This document shows, one piece after another, positions 62,875 through 64,000 of a stretch of DNA of 64,000 nucleotides. The stretch is from Candidatus Melainabacteria bacterium 17Bon1m (GTDB lineage: Bacteria; Cyanobacteriota; Vampirovibrionia; Obscuribacterales; Obscuribacteraceae), in assembly GCA_032128875.1 (NCBI GenBank), contig JAVLKG010000003.1, forward strand, positions 641,008-705,007, in the 5' to 3' direction. The notes beneath the pieces were generated by a model. The model searched no databases. It saw only the letters and a program-made list of their open reading frames with translations, and was not told where the DNA came from. A program made the translations under genes and the position numbers. Every line of letters starts with the position of its first letter. Position 1 is the first letter of the stretch.

Positions 62875-64000
62875 TCAATCGACGGCCTTTAGCAGTTCAT
62901 AGAAACCAACATTACTGCTTCTCAGCACCGCACGTAAATCAAAAAGCATGGTCAGCCGGTTGTTGACCATTTTGATGGTTTCAGACCACCAGTGGTGCGC
63001 TTTTCCTTCAGCAGAAAGCTTTTGGACTTCTGTGTCTTTGTTGATATTGATGCTCAAAACCTTCGACTCTTTCCAGTACTTGATCAATGTTTCCCTTCTG
63101 GACAAGTTCACCTTCGAATCCGGCGCTGTTGAATTGAGATATTGAAATGTGACTGGAGACAAATCGAGGCGCTCGGAATATTTTCCGAAAGCAGCACCCA
63201 GGGCATTTGGCTTGGCTTTGTCCGGCCGCCATCCGCCGTGTTGTTCAAGCATAGAGAGTGCCGCCATGCCGGTACCGATTGCCGAAGTAGTGATAACTGT
63301 ATAGTTTGCTGCCTTTACATCTTGTGGTTTGCCGGTTAAGCCGAGCGAAGTTGCAACGAGACCGAGAATGCCTCCCTGCAAAAAGTTGAGATTGTCTGTC
63401 AGTTGAGTAACCCTGTTTTTTAGCCTTTCCATGCGGTTCAAGGCTTTGAACTCCGAGTCTATTTCATGCCCTATTTCATCGGCATCGGTAATCAAAGAAA
63501 GAAAACCTTCAAGCACTTGTCTTGTGACCAGCAGCTTGGCGTCCTCATCTGATTGCCGTTCAGGGGTCAGTAATCCGTGCACTCCGAGCAGTGTTGCTGC
63601 AGCATTAGCAGAAGGATTAAGCCCTGAGTTGGCGTCAGGAGGACTTGCAGAGATGGTCACAGGCCAGGCTTTGCGCAACAAATCCAGCAGCTCCACGTCG
63701 AACTCATTCAATTGTTGACGCAGAGAAGTTAGTAGGGCGATTCGATTTACGACCAATTTGATTGTGTCGCGCTTGCAAGACGGCATACTTCCTAGCCGCT
63801 CAAGGTTGCGCCGATCCTTGAGATTTACGGTAGCGACAGACCTTTTAGCCCATAATTCCATCAGGCACTGGCGCCTGGTTTTGCCATCAGTTCTTTCGGG
63901 CGCGGGTGTATTCAGATAGTTCATGACCAAGGGGGAAAACCCTTTTTCAGACGCAGATTTCAGATTGAAAAAGTCTGCAAGCGAATTTGGTCCTGTTTCG
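62875..64000 (-). CDS. Hypothetical protein with internal domain duplication, 5' end beyond window
   Basis: Frame open to window end; two similar 'PN.L...SP....YLN..AP....RR..L...W' units. Confidence 0.8.
   Translation of the reverse strand, partial: ETGPNSLADFFNLKSASEKGFSPLVMNYLNTPAPERTDGKTRRQCLMELWAKRSVATVNLKDRRNLERLGSMPSCKRDTIKLVVNRIALLTSLRQQLNEFDVELLDLLRKAWPVTISASPPDANSGLNPSANAAATLLGVHGLLTPERQSDEDAKLLVTRQVLEGFLSLITDADEIGHEIDSEFKALNRMERLKNRVTQLTDNLNFLQGGILGLVATSLGLTGKPQDVKAANYTVITTSAIGTGMAALSMLEQHGGWRPDKAKPNALGAAFGKYSERLDLSPVTFQYLNSTAPDSKVNLSRRETLIKYWKESKVLSININKDTEVQKLSAEGKAHHWWSETIKMVNNRLTMLFDLRAVLRSSNVGFYELLKAVD

Overview
Gene-dense bacterial chromosome segment with no integrase, transposase, CRISPR array or rRNA. 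Gene content (many TPR and Ser/Thr kinase-TPR proteins, a cyanobacterial-type TusA, no photosynthesis genes) suggests a non-photosynthetic cyanobacterial relative such as Melainabacteria/Obscuribacterales; this is inference only. The left half is mostly housekeeping and signalling genes (xth, ald, thiolase, tdk, hppD, katG, hisC, tRNA-Gly). The main result is a candidate inorganic-carbon regulon at about 27.7-48.2 kb. It comprises a beta-carbonic anhydrase/bestrophin operon, an ABC-HlyD-TolC exporter, two convergent ArsR paralogs, and an operon of pseudo-MurF, dabB, dabA, DUF6671 and possibly an orphan cysD. The same 20-bp imperfect palindrome (ATAT[T/G]C[A/T]-N6-TGCA...) lies upstream of all five transcription units, tying them together. 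The window also holds several apparent pseudo-enzymes (AspA-like, MurF-like, GGDEF, SDR-like), REP-like palindromes, a gene remnant, and a secreted sulfatase/multicopper oxidase pair. All calls are by eye; no searches were run.
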